Shown: piece after piece, positions 26,611 to 39,672 of the stretch | Numbering within the stretch: position 1 is the stretch's first letter | Layout: every line of letters begins with the position of its first letter | DNA from: Macrostomum lignano | Taxonomy: Eukaryota | NCBI GenBank assembly: GCA_002269645.1 | Contig: NIVC01001430.1 | Span: 226,119-290,118, forward strand | DNA length: 64,000 nucleotides | Direction: 5' to 3' | The notes under the pieces: model-generated | Seen by the model: only the letters and a program-made list of their open reading frames with translations | Databases searched by the model: none | What the model was told of the DNA's origin: nothing | Position numbers and translations under genes: made by a program

Positions 26611-28118
26611 CTTAGTCAGTAGTTGATTAGACAGACAGAACTTTCTAGAATCGTTGCTTCAAAACGCGGCTCCATAGCCCCGTCCTCTCGATTAATCCGA
26701 GTGTTTAGTCTATGGCACAAAGATTTGCCCATCCACCGAAAAAAATAGCCTTCGACCATAGACTTTCTTAACTTTCTGCCTATCTCTAACATAGTGCCCG
26801 CAAATTTCCACATTGTTATCCGCAAATTTCTTGCATTGATTAAGTTAATGACAATCTTATTGACATAGAATTTTGCTAGTTGTCAATGTTAATGTTATAT
26901 TTTTAACTCTTAACAGGGTGTACCATGGTCCTGCATGACTTTCTAATCGTCAGCCCATGTACACTAGCTTTGTGCCTTGGGGGTTGGCGCTCATGAGTGC
27001 ATATTGCATGTATATCAATCCTGTCTTTACATTTGCCATTACAACCCTTGAGTTCTGCAACTCGGGTAATACCCATACTTTTGATAACGGACGCCAAATC
27101 AGAGGTGTTGGGCGCCACCCTTGCCACACCCACTATAGGTGTGGCAAGCGCTTTCAGTGGCTTCCCAATCCCATAGCAAGATCATCTCTTTCTCAAGTTA
27201 GATCGCAGTGGGAATCACATGCTCTGCTGGAGACTGAACGTTAGGAAACGTCGAAAACCCAGATTTAGCAGCCACTTTCACAAGGTCGAAAACTTAACAT
27301 AACAAGAGCCATATCCAGTAGTTTTTGGCGTTGTAAAATTTCGACCCTATGAAGCGACTTGCTGGATGTAAGGTTTTTGATGAGAAATTTCGGGCTTATG
27401 AAGTTTCGAAGTTTCGATACATGCAGCTTAATTATGGTTGATTTTTTACTGCGAATTAAAAATATTTAAATAATTGTTGCTTATACATCTAATGTTGCTA
27501 AATAATTCTGAGGTTAAGGTCGTAAAACTCTCTACGAAAGATTGGTGTATCCACGATGCGTGGATTTTTCTTGGCTTTTTAAATTTTTTTCTGCATAAGT
27601 TGCCAAGCTCTAGTCTAGATCGAAAAATTGCAACCGAACGTGAGCCCCAAAGATTTGAGAGCGGTGCGCTTATTATGATAAATCAAACTCGAGATTACTT
27701 CTTATTTTATTATAATTACGTTAAACTTTTAAACGTTTTATTGAAAGTCACTGCAGACAAAAAGACAAAAAGATTAGCTAAGCTACATGTGGTATTTTGG
27801 CTTTCCGATCCACCAGCCTTTCTGGAAACGCTCCGGGGCGAAAGCCACGCCCCTATTACAATACAGTCGAACGCACTCATTTATATCAAGTGTTTGTTTG
27901 TATAGCATCGTCAACAACTAATTATGATGAAGCACGTGATGGGTACAGCTGCACGTGAAGGGATTCACAAAGAAATATTTTAATAGGACGGAATAACTTT
28001 CCAAAAATAATGCATGCACATGTACCATCTAGTTAAAAAATTACCGCCATTTTGTTTATAATGTATATAAAGCTCGTTAGTTATTTTTACATGTAGCTCG
28101 ATGTATAAGTGGGGTTGG

Positions 28119-29168
28119 CAGGGCCGTCGCCATGGATTTTATGGTGGCGAGACGAAGCCAACAATTATACATGTACATGACTAAATTCCAACATGTACAT
28201 TATTTTCAGAATCGGTGTTGTCAGCACTCATTTTAGCGCCGAACAGGCACTCATTTTAGCGCCGCAGGCACTCATTTTAGCGCCGCACAGGCACTCATTT
28301 TAGCGCCGAACAGGCACTCATTTTAGTGCCACAGGCACTCAGTTTAGCTTCGCACAGGCACTCAGTTTAGCGCCGCACAGGCACTCATTTTGGCGCCGGA
28401 GACACACATTTTAGCTCCGCAGGCACTCAGTTTAGCTCCGCAGGCACTCATTTTAGCGCCACAGGCACTCATTTTAGCGCCGCACAGGCACTCATTTTAG
28501 CGCCGCAGGCACTCATTTTAGCGCCGCACAGGCACTTATTTTAGCGCCACAGGCACTCAGTTTAGCGCCGCACAGGCACTCAGTTTAGCGCCGCAGGCAC
28601 TCATTATAGCGCCGCGGGCAATCATTATAGCGCCGCACAGGCACTCATTTTAGCGCCGCATGCACTCATTTTAGCGCCGCAGGCACTCATTTTAGCGCCG
28701 CAGGCACTCATTTTAGCGCCGCAGGCACTCAGTTTAGCGCCGCAGGCACTCATTTTAGCGCCGCACAGGCACTCATTTTAGCGCCGCACAGGCACTCATT
28801 TTGGCGCCGCAAGCACTCATTTTAGCGCCGCAAGCACTCATTTTAGCGCCGCAGGCACTCATTATAGCGCCGCGGGCACTCAGTTTAGCGCTGCAGGCAC
28901 TCATTTGAGCGCCGCAGGCACTCATTTTAACGCCGCAGGCACTCATTTAGCGCCGCAGGCACTCAGTTTAGCGCCGCAGGCACTCATTTTAGCGCCGCAG
29001 GCACTCATTTTAGCGCCGCAGTCGCTATGTTTTGTCGCCCTGTAGCAAATTTTTTTATTTCCATAACGGGTCAAGGTACGGGGTGGGGGGACAAAGAATT
29101 GTCATGTCCCTGCCAGGTCTTTTATTGGGGGGACATGTCCCCCCTTTCCCCCGTTGGCGACGCCACTG
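28119..29168. mobile_element. hAT-like MITE carrying an internal 21-23-bp minisatellite (28225-29020)
   Basis: Termini CAGGGCCGTCGCCA / TGGCGACGCCACTG. Internal unit CAGGCACTCATTTTAGCGCCG(CA). TSD not clean. Confidence 0.65.
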
Positions 29169-29169
29169 C

Positions 29170-29325
29170 GAGGTTGTAGCCCAGTGGTTAGGGCGTCGGA
29201 ACTCACGACTGAAAGGTCAGGGGTTCGATTCTCGACCCACTCGGAAAAATTTGTGTCCTCGAGCAAGGCGCTCAACTCTGCATTGCTTCAGTTCACCCAG
29301 CTGTAAAATGGGTGCCAGCATTAGC
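29170..29325 (+). mobile_element. tRNA-derived SINE with CORE-like domain
   Basis: Box A TAGCCCAGTGG (29177-29187) and box B GGTTCGATTCT (29222-29232), then TGTGTCCTCGAGCAAGGCGCTCAAC...CAGCTGTAAAATGGG, resembling the MIR CORE domain. Confidence 0.8.
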
Positions 29326-29993
29326 CATTGAATAATTGTAGGTGTGTGTTGGCGACGCCCCCGTCCCTAGAGCTTCAAATGCTTGAATGACGAGATGACC
29401 ATGATAAATCTCTTTTTATAGGTTTTAATAAATATTTTGTTTCCGGCTCCATTTTGACTCTTACGATCAATTCACATCCTCTTTACCGACAGCGGTCTCA
29501 ATAATTTTAGCAAGCACTGAATCCTTGTCACTAACTTGTCCATCAGCACATGTTGCAAAATTAATTTGCACAAATATTGCCGAATGAGGCGATGGCAAGC
29601 AATAATCGGAAAGCCCAATAACTGCATGCAGCCCCAAACCAAAGAGGGTTTTTACTTTGGGTACCGCCCTTGTTTACTTCTGTGAGAAATTACTGGAAAA
29701 TGAGTGTATTTAAACAAACGTATTGACAGTTTGGAACTCAGACGCATTGTTGGTTCAAATTGAGCGAAGTACGACGTATAACCTGTATTGTAAGTATGAC
29801 AGAAGCAAAAAATGTCTAAAGATTTCAAAGACTACACCGGTAAGTACAGAATATATTTTCAACGTTCGAACTCTTTAACTATACCCATAGCTACATGTTT
29901 CTGTAAAGTTGCTATGGATTTAATTAATGAAGCTCCCCGAAGATTTTATTTATCAAAATATTTTCTAAAATTTTAGCCTATCGAGAATTTGAG

Positions 29994-31680
29994 ATGCAGC
30001 GCAGAAACGGGACTTGGCCAGAGGAAAAGATTTATAGAGGGTTTCTCAACCTTCTGCGTACTGAATTGAAGCGAGATATTGAGTATCACTCCGGCGTCGT
30101 AAAGGCTGTTGGATTTCCGCTGGGATTTCTGCTTCAAATTCTCACGATAATCTTTCTAGTCAGGGGACAGTCGGGCTACTCACAGTCAGCCAGGAGCTGG
30201 TTCTTGGTCGTTCTCAGCGCCGATGTCTGCAGCACGCTCTATCGACTGTACGAGCTCATTACTGTGGACTTCCAAAACGCCAATCCGGACTCAAGGGAAA
30301 CGCCTGGAATGGACTTCATGTACCTAATGTGGGGTCTGATACGTGCTGAAGACAAGGAGCTGCAGGAAGTGATGTGCAAGATATTCTTCTTCATCTTGTA
30401 CTTCCCAGTGATTCTGTCACCGGTGGCGCTAACAATCTGCTCACTGATTCGCACCTATGCGGTCAAGTATCCACTGAAAGCGAAGTTTGTACTAACGAAA
30501 TTTCGCGACCGATGCCTGATGCTATTAGCGGCCGGCATCTCGGCTGCTGCGTCGCTGGTTTTCTGCATGCTGCTCATTGAGCCGTTCGCATGGTTGGGGC
30601 CGTTCAAAGTAACCACGCTGGATGGCCGGCGGCGGTATTATGGCCGCTGCAGCATACCGGACTTCTCTAGTTTCAATACCAATAAGACCAATCATGCGAT
30701 TGGCAGTTTAATCATGCTTGTCATCATATTCACTATCTGCTCATTGACATTCGTCTCATCCGTTATCATAATTATTGTCCTGTTTGACTCGAAGCGGAAA
30801 CGTTTACAAATGGGCGTTGCTACGCACAATTCGAGCGAGAAGAATGAAGTTCGAGCGACTGCGATTCTTCTCGGCATGAACGTGTCGTTCTTTTTCTGCT
30901 TCCTGATGTCCAGAATCTGCATGGTTGTCAACACTCAAGTACACATATTTTACGACTACAAAGTGTGTAAGTAGTCGACAGTTGTCGCATACAGTTTACT
31001 ATTATAACTACCCGGCTAGTTTTTTATCATTTCATTGTATTCCTCTTTATTTTGCTTTCGGTTAACCACTCTTAATGAACGAAAAAAGGATGTCAGCTGA
31101 AGCATCATCAGAATGAAGCCTGAAGTACAGCTCTGGACGAAACCAACTGCAATCGACAGGTGGCCAGCTAGAGAGCAGAGGCATCTCTTCTGTGTCGCTC
31201 CGGAACACCGGTTTGACTTCTATGGAACTCAGGAGACCATCAAGTTGACATGAATTCCTATATATTCCTGCATAGTCTATTCAACCTTTGATGATAATTT
31301 TTCCCAGGCCGGCACTATTTTCAGTGGTTTCTTAATACACTGACATGAAAAAGTGATTAAACTTTCAGGAAAAATCGTATCAAATGTCTTGGTGGAACTG
31401 TATTTTGCTGAAATTACAATATTTTGTAAAACACCCAACAGTTTGCGTGCCGTTTCCTGTTTTATTGCAATCAGCATTAAACTCAACGCTCTCATTTTCA
31501 GCTATTCTGACGGAAAAGTTCGCTGCATTCGCGTTCACCATTCCGTACTACACCAACGCTCTGTTCATAGCCGGATTATCGAAAAGATTCTACTACTTTT
31601 ACATACCCTGTCTACAAAGGCTGGGTTCAGCAACATCAAAGAGCAGCGTGAATTCCAGCGGTAGTCAGAGGACTCTGTAG
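29994..31680 (+). CDS. Class A (rhodopsin-like) 7TM GPCR, paralogue 1, ~392 aa
   Basis: Exons 29994-30966 and 31475-31680 (alternative acceptor at 31502), phase 1 GTAAGT/CAG. Six hydrophobic segments in exon 1 and TM7 in exon 2. Divergent motifs: IRT for DRY, NALFI for NPxxY. Confidence 0.85.
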
Positions 31681-33119
31681 ATTGAATGAATTCAGTGAAT
31701 TCAATCTTACCGTGATTTGAAAACAATGTTGTTTGACAAACTAGATTAATCGGAATACAATCGTGAAACGTTTTGTTTTTGCATTCAAATCGCTCTGTTA
31801 AACAGAATTTTTAACGCTTGAAAAGAAAATGAATTAAATCGACGAGTTACTTTTTGCATTCTATATTTTGACGTTTTATGTTAAATATATTCAACTAAAG
31901 TTTCAGCAGGCAAACTACATTAAGACGCGACCCTAAGAAAAATAAAATAGAATCGAAAATAGAATCGAAAATTGTAATGGGCATTCTTTGTTGGCTCCTC
32001 AACGATAGAAGAAGCGTTATAAAATAATAAAGGATGTGTTAAGTCAAAAAGAAAGAAAGTTAGCTACTTAAAATAGAAAAGAACGTCATGTCCGACATAA
32101 ATGAAGCGTCATGTCAAACATAGAGGATTCATTTAGGAATTGCTATGATGTCAAGGCTTGAAGTGGATCGATCGCTATAATGCTGTGATCCTCTTGGGGA
32201 GAATTAGCTACTGAAATTTCAAAGCTTACGGTGGAGGAATTGCTGAAATGTCAAGAATTTAGGGTTATGGTTAGGGTTAGGGCTAGGGTTATGGGGGCAT
32301 TGTTGAGATGCCTAGGTTCACGCGCGGGGTGGGGGAATAGCTGAGCTGTCAAGGCTTCCGAGGGAATTCACCAAGATGTCAATTCTTACAAGGGGAATTG
32401 CTGAGCATATTTCACGTAGAAGCTACATGCTGTTTATTCAAAAAATTGTGTTTCATTCATTGTTGGCTCCCAACGGGGGGCGCTGATTACTAGTCCACAT
32501 ACTAAAAATGGTTTGTTGGTAGGTAGCTATGCGATCGTTTTACGAGCGTAGGTCCAAAATTTCAGAAAGTTTATTCTGTGAAAAAGTCCTGATAACAATT
32601 CCACAATCCTAAAATTTAATTAGCTTGAAACTATATGGCTTGAAATTGCACAATCTAAGAATATTTTGAGTTTTTTAGTGATTTTGTCCTCCGAAGGTAT
32701 TAAATAAAACAAAGTTACAAGTTACAAAGGACACATTTTAAGTTCTATAAAACACTCTTGACTCCTAAACCGTCTGGGGTCTCCTAAATCTTGAATCCTT
32801 GATCAAAAATGTGTCCAATGAACAAAAGAGTAAACTTAAAGTGCTAGGAGACACTTGTAGGAGTCTAGGAGTAAATTTTAGGAGGGCATGTCCTATAAAA
32901 CGGAATCCTCCTAGACCACACTACTCACTCGTGTTTAAGATATTACGAGCTAAGAGTGGAAAGGCGTACCTACTTTATGAATAGTCAATAAAAATTTTGC
33001 ATATTACTCACGTTTTCTGACTCTGTCGGACGACAGCTTCTGGGATTCTCTAGCCAGCCGCAGACGTCCGCGACGCTTTAGGGAAAGAGTAAATTTCTTT
33101 CTTTTAGAAGCTGAAAACG

Positions 33120-34490
33120 GGTACCTCTCATTTCGCCGATTCTCGGTTCGCCGATTCTCGTTTCGCCGACATTCTCATTTCGCCAATTCTCGTTTCGCCG
33201 ACAGGTACAAATATCCCATAATGTGAAGCAGCTGCCCTCCACGCGAACTTGGGACAAAAGTAGCTAATTGTAGTGCTGCTTGAGCCATGGTGCGTTTGCT
33301 TGAAAGTTGGATGTTATTCCTCAACCTCCTACCATACATATATACCACTGGCTATAGACTTTTTACCATAGACTATGCAGAAGGATTACCATAGACTATA
33401 CAGAAGGAAGAATTACTAATTTTAAATTTATTTTTCAAGCCAGAGGATCTAAATCACACTTGCATTAGTGTAGTTGTCTATGGTCTAATGTCCAGATGGT
33501 TATGAAACTAATTTCGGCGAACCGAGAATCGGCGAAATGAGAATGTCGGCGAAACGAGAATCGGCGAAATGAGAATGTCGGCGAAATGAGAATCGGCGAA
33601 ATGAGAATGTCGGCGAAACGAGAATCGGCGAAATGAGAATGTCGGCGAAACGAGAATCGGCGAAATGAGAATGTCGGCGAAACGAGAATCGGCGAAATGA
33701 GAATGTCGGCGAAACGAGAATCGGCGAAATGAGAATGTCGGCGAAATGAGAATCGGCGAAATGAGAATGTCGGCGAAACGAGAATCGGCGAAATGAGAAT
33801 GTCGGCGAAACGAGAATCGGCGAAATGAGAATGTCGGCGAAACGAGAATCGGCGAAATGAGAATGTCGGCGAAACGAGAATTGGCGAAATGAGAATGTCG
33901 GCGAAACGAGAATCGGCGAAATGAGAATGTCGGCGAAATGAGAATCGGCGAAATGAGAATCGGCGAAATGAGAATCGGCGAAATGAGAATCGGCGAAATG
34001 AGAATGTCGGCGAAACGAGAATCGGCGAAATGAGAATGTCGGCGAAACGAGAATCGGCGAAATGAGAATGTCGGCGAAATGAGAATGTCGGCGAAACGAG
34101 AATCGGCGAAATGAGAATCGGCGAAATGAGAATCGGCGAAATGAGAATCGGCGAAATGAGAATCGGCGAAATGAGATTCGGCGAAACGAGAATCGGCGAA
34201 ACGAGAATCGGCGAAACGAGAATCGGCGAAACGAGAATCGGCGAAACGAGAATTGGCGAAACGAGAATCGGCGAAACGAGAATCGGCGAAACGAGAATCG
34301 GCGAAACGAGAATTGGCGAAACGAGAATCGGCGAAACGAGAATTGGCGAAATGAGAATCGGCGAAATGAGAATCGGCGAAATGAGAATCGGCGAAATGAG
34401 AATCGGCGAAATGAGATTCGGCGAAATGAGAATGTCGGCGAACCGAGAATCGGCGAAACGAGAATCGGCGAAACGAGAATCGGCTGAAAA
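33120..34490. repeat. Foldback-like element: short arm 33124-33203 inverted to a ~1-kb 15/17-bp tandem array (33515-34485)
   Basis: CTCATTTCGCCGATTCTCGGTTCGCCGA is the exact reverse complement of the array start TCGGCGAACCGAGAATCGGCGAAATGAG. Confidence 0.85.
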
Positions 34491-34904
34491 CATCAATTCG
34501 TTTGACGCATCCCCAAATAAATGAATTAACCGAACGGCTACGCTGTGGGTATGCTTGGAGCACCCAACCAGTCGTAGTTGCGCTTTTGCTGGTGCAAATA
34601 AGGTGCAAATTTTAGAACACAATCAACCAACACTCCTAAAGTAATTGCGCAATAATTTCATACCAACCTCCAACTCTTAGCCCGCACTCCTAGAGTTTAG
34701 CTCTTGAGAAGTGAGTGGTTTATCGGACAAGATTTGGAGTCCCTCTTGAACCGGGAGACTCTTGGCTCTCCTGGCACTTGACTCTTTGTTTCTGGTTTGC
34801 AACATATTTTATTCAGATCTAATTTTATTATTGAAAGCCCTTTAAAATCAAATTAGATGGCTTCGTAAACGAAAATTTCACTAACAAAGGTGATTAGAAA
34901 CTTT

Positions 34905-35270
34905 TTCAATCCCGGGGATCCCGGGATTAGCAAAGTCCGGGATATCCCGATCTCGAGAATCCCAGGATTAGCTAAACTCGGGATTCGGTATTCCCTAAGG
35001 ACAACTGGGTTATGATTTTCACCTGACAAGTAAGCTCAGCTGCAAATACTGCTAATCGATTACTAATGAGAGCCAGCTCATGCAGCACTGTCGGGGTTTG
35101 ATATTTTCGGGATCCCGACGGTCAATCCCTGGATTTTTTAATTCCGGACAATTGTGATCCCGGGATTGTATTCCCTACCAAACTCCCATAGATTCTTCAA
35201 TCCTGGGATCCCCGTCAGGATTTTGCCTCAATCCCGGGATGGCGGACCGCGTCCCGGCCGGGATGGGTTA
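34905..35270. mobile_element. Fragments of a non-autonomous DNA transposon rich in ATCCCGGGAT motifs
   Basis: Repeated palindromic ATCCCGGGAT and two terminal-like ...TATTCCCTA ends. Confidence 0.45.
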
Positions 35271-35429
35271 CGAATAAAAACGCAGGACCAAAACTTTGCT
35301 CTTCTGGGACGCGACTTTGTCAACATTGACCTGTAATTAAAAGTTACAATCGGGCACACTCAGGTACAGATAGATCAGTTCAAAGCTAAGCTCCAGCTGC
35401 AGGTAGATGAAGCTGTGCCGAAGTACATC

Positions 35430-37765
35430 AAGGTGCGCAAAGCTCAAGGCGGAGATTGACAATCTCGTCAACAGCAGATTTCCAACGCCTACGTCTGAGG
35501 AAGCATTCTCTGCAGTCACCAGTAGCCGGGTGCAACATTTACACAATACTCGACCTTAAAAGGCCTAAAATCAGGTGGAACTGCAGCTGGACGAGTCGTC
35601 AAAAGACCTGACCGTCATGTCGACTCCGTTTGGGAACTATCGATGTAACAGACTGTTTTTGGTATAAAAATGCACCGAGCTTGTTTCAGCGCTACATAAC
35701 TGAAGTAGTGCAAGGAATTCAAGGAACGGTTGCTTATGTCGATGGCATCTTGATCGGAGGTTCCACAACCGAAGAGCTAAGACTTCGACAGACCGATGTG
35801 AAAAACCGTTTGGCTCGTCATAACCTCAGCGTCAACGAAGAAAAGTGTCAAATAATGAAAACTCGAGTCAGATTCCTTGGCTCTTGGCTCTTAACTCTGG
35901 AACTATTCGACCAGATGAATGAAAAGGTGCGCGCTATAAGAGAAATGTCGGCTCCGAGGAACGGCGTGGAGTTGGAGTCGCTGTTGGGTCTGGTGAACTG
36001 AAGCGGAAGCGGAAGGGAACGGACTTCGTTTGGGGCGCTGAACAGGAAGTTTCAGACAGCACTTTCGGAGAACTCGATGCGACGGTGCTAGTGTCATACG
36101 ACCCAGGTAAAGCTGTGGAACTTGAATGTGACGCTTCTCAGGTGGCTATTGGAGCGGTACTAAGTCAAGAGGGACGCCCAGTTGCCTCTGTGAGGAAGAT
36201 TTTGTCATCGGCAGAAAGGAGCTACTTTCAAATCAAACGTGAAGCCTTGGCAATTCTGTCGGCAATTCGCTGTTGTCACCGATTCCTCTATGGAAGGACA
36301 TTTAACCTGATCACGGATCATCATCCACTCACATAAGTTTTCGGAGAGTAGAGCCAACTGCCAGAGAGAGTGTCAACAAGGCTTCAACGTTGGTCTATCC
36401 TGCTGTCTGAATATGATTATAACATTGAATATCGGAAATCAGCAGAGATTAAGTCTGATTCACTCCCAAGACTAGTGCCAGTAAGTTCCAGGTGAGTCGC
36501 AACAACCCACAGCATTGGACAGACAGATCCCTATCTTCAAAGGAAATCTGCTATCATGAGAGAAGATATCGAGGCTCACTCTGCGTCATGTTTAGAGCTT
36601 CGATTGGTGAGGGATGCGATAAAAAGTGGAAGGTGTGGTTCGAGCAACAGAGCGTACAATACAAAGCAGTACTCCAGGAGCTCTCATGCCAGGATTCGCT
36701 GGTTCTGCGAGGAACAAGGCTAGTTTTACCTATCGTGTTGAGCTTGAAGGGTGTCAGTGCTGCCCATGGCGTCTACTAAGGAATGGAATTCGCACCATCA
36801 CATCCATCAGTCTATTCTGAGAGAACAATTCTGGTGGCCTGAAATGGATCGGCTGGTTGAACGGAAGGTGAGCGGATGTCAAACGTGCAAGTTGGTTATG
36901 TCTATAGGAGTAGGAATTACCGGTCGACTTGGCCTCATCCAGGCGCTCCTTGGGAGAAAGTACACGTGGACTTTGCCGGTCCCATCGACGGAACCTATCT
37001 CCTAGTGCTTGTAGACGCATTTTCCAGCCATTCTCAAGTGCACTTAACTAAAGATATAGGACATCAGCCGCCGTGATCTCAAGGCTACGAAGAAAATTTT
37101 CACCCTGAGAGCAACGGCTTGGCCGAGCGTTTCGTACCGACAATAAAGAAGGCTGTTAAATCCAACGGAATGAGTCATGCAGCTATCGATCGCTATCGAC
37201 TATTCTATCGAGCTTTGAAGGGAAGCAAGGACTGTTGCCTGAGGAACTGCTGTCAGGGCGAAAGCTAAGGGTACCTCTCCTATCGGCTGAATGGAGTCCA
37301 TCCGACAAGCTGGTGTCAAGGTGTTATGAGTATCATGCTACGCTGCTATGCGAATTACTAAGCAAAAAGGCCACTAAAACCATAGACACATGCATTCAAA
37401 GCGGCCTTTTAGAATTCTGCCAATATTTGCAAGTGTAACGTCCTGTGTTCTTAAGTAGTCCTTGGCTAGTGTATGGAGCGCGTAGTTGCGAGGCCACAAT
37501 AATGGTGAGTCCGCAGGGTTCAAGTACGGCTCTTGTCCGGCTGGAGGATCAGCGCACCGTGAAGGCTCATCGGGACCAAATACAGCGTTGTGACCCGCCG
37601 CCAGAACAGGCGGCAGACACCGGGGTCCCTTACTGCAGCGTTGTTCAAGCAACTCCACGAGTTCAGGCTAAGCCGACAGTTGAGCCTGAGTCGATGAAAC
37701 CGACCAACGCCGGGTCGGAGGCACCGTTACAGGATGGTGGTACACCCATACCTCCAAGAAGGAGT
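35430..37765 (+). mobile_element. Decayed Ty3/Gypsy pol (RT, RNase H, integrase) with many stops and frameshifts
   Basis: RT AYVDGILIGG; RNase H LECDASQVAIGAVLSQ...KREALAI...LITDHHPL; integrase FWWPEMDRLVERKVSGCQTC, PWEKVHVDFAGP, HPESNGLAERFV. Confidence 0.92.
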
Positions 37766-38151
37766 TGTGACGTTGTCAGTTTAAGTAGTCCCGCCACCTT
37801 CTGGTCCCGCCTGGCTTAGCGTCCCCGCCTGTAGACTCTTGCCGCCTTTACTTGTTTAATTGCCTTCTCTCTCTCTGCCTCGCTTCGCCACGGCTTTAGG
37901 CCACGCCTCTGCCACTCTCAGCCACGCCACTTCTACTACCTATCTATCTAACTCGTTGTTGTGTAGCCGCCAGTGCATCGTTACGATTCCAACCTGTACT
38001 TTTGTTGACAATAAACCAAGCCTGCAGCCATTGATCGCATTAGCATTAACTTTAACTGATATTACGGCCAAGTGCTACCGCTACAAATTTGCCTCTGCCG
38101 CATTCATTTGCCTTCGCTTATTCTCGAGGCCGCCAAACTAGTATCGTCACA
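37766..38151 (+). mobile_element. 3' LTR (386 bp) of the Gypsy element
   Basis: Polypurine tract AAGAAGGAG just upstream, terminal inverted TGTGACG...CGTCACA and an internal AATAAA. No matching 5' LTR in the window. Confidence 0.8.
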
Positions 38152-38424
38152 GAGTGAACGGCTACAGCTTCAACCACGAGTCTGCTATAAGTCGCAACTG
38201 TCAAGCATTTAGCCTTTTCAAAGAGGAAGGTGTTGTGGTGCACTTTTAATCATTTTTATTCCGTTTTCTATGGCTAAAACCCATAGACATTGACAATTAA
38301 TACGGTATTCAATGCATGTAACACCGTAGGGGGTGTTATTATATTTGAACCTAAGTGTGGTTTACAGTGTGGCTGTACAGTGTACAGTGCGTCACAGTTG
38401 GCGCACTCCAGTGAAAATAAGGGA

Positions 38425-38620
38425 CGATTCCAGACACTGACAGAAGCGGACGTTCAGCGAGAGATTGAGGAGAGCTCGCCTTCGACAACAAGAAGGAAGG
38501 CAGAATGGTCAATACAAATCTTCCAAGACTGGCACAACGAGAAAAAGCATCTCTGAGGCACAGGCGGTGGTCCATCTCTACTGGTTTTAAGCGACGTGGA
38601 CGAAATGTCAAAAGTGAGCT
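38425..38620 (+). mobile_element. Crypton-like tyrosine recombinase N-terminal remnant
   Basis: GRFQTLTEADVQREIEESSPSTTRRKAEWSIQIFQDWHNEK, then DVDEMSK(S)ELD after a frameshift. Matches the recalled RF..SEEE...NT...T.WA...F..W pattern of Crypton/KIAA1958-type proteins. Confidence 0.55.
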
Positions 38621-39672
38621 GGACTAACTAAACTAACTAACTAGTTAAAGGCTTATTAACTTTGTTATTTTTTCTTCTCTTGTTCTAATTTTTTCGCTGT
38701 TCTGCACTAGCGATTTCACGGCCATTTCTCCCGTCGTAAGATATTTCATGGCCCAGCCATTAAATAAAATGCGTTACATACTATGCCGACTCGGACAGCT
38801 GACGAAATAAAAGGAATAAAAAAGAGAAGAAACAATACAATTATTGACGCACAATTCAAAGAACTTCCTCTTCGCAGTCTGCGAGACGGGAGAGTCTCTC
38901 TCTGACTGTCATTTGTTTGAACTTCTAAGCATAAAAACATAAAACGATGGGGTATATTGTTGTCAACAAACATTTCATTAGAAAAAATGGGGGGACGCTT
39001 TGGCATTCGACCGATAAGCAGAACTATGAGCATATGAAACCTTGAGACCCAGTGATCTTTGTTGGATAACTCATGAAAGCTTTCAAAAGGCAAAAACGTT
39101 AGAAAGTAATCAGCAGCGTTGTACCTAAACAGTAGCAAACAGCTGAAAAAAGGGAAGATGCTGACAATAATAGTGCGACGCCTAACACCAAACTAGCGGC
39201 TCACTACCCAAATAAGACGAAGCTCGCATTGCCAAATAATACATTCGTCATCAATGTATTATGAATTCTTCGCTTCAAACATCAAAAGACATTTGACTTG
39301 ACGAATTGTGATATACAGCCCTATAACTGCTGTCCCAATCCTTTTTTCTTCTACACTAAGATTTCTTCCACTCGTCAATAAGAAAGAATGGAACCGCCCT
39401 TGTTTATTTCTGCGCTGGAATTAAAGAAGCGCATCTATTTAAGTCACTCAAAACTGGCTGTCCCGGATTTCTGCAATGATGCCACTTCCTACGACAACTG
39501 TAACATACTGAAATAGGTAACCAAAATGTCGAAACATTTCCCCAGCTATGCTGGTAAGTACAAAAAATGTTTACCTTTATTATTCGAATTTTCCGGTTAT
39601 CCATCTGGAGTCCTGAATTTTTGACACGGAAATTCCAAATTCGTCTGAAATATTTTAGCCTACCGTGAATAC

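Noticed and set aside
6527-29020. CRISPR-like appearance of the 21-34-bp arrays
   Set aside because: Head-to-tail units without unique spacers, no cas genes, and a eukaryotic context.
29170-29245. tRNA gene
   Set aside because: A and B boxes are present, but there is no convincing cloverleaf and it continues into a CORE-like domain, so it is a SINE head. The same applies to 48215-48290.
32265-32296. Interstitial telomere (TTAGGG)
   Set aside because: Only two or three imperfect units, embedded in a degenerate dispersed repeat.
33465-34622. ADSRF/SPILI/RIGET pentapeptide-like ORFs
   Set aside because: Translations of the 15/17-bp array, not a pentapeptide-repeat gene.
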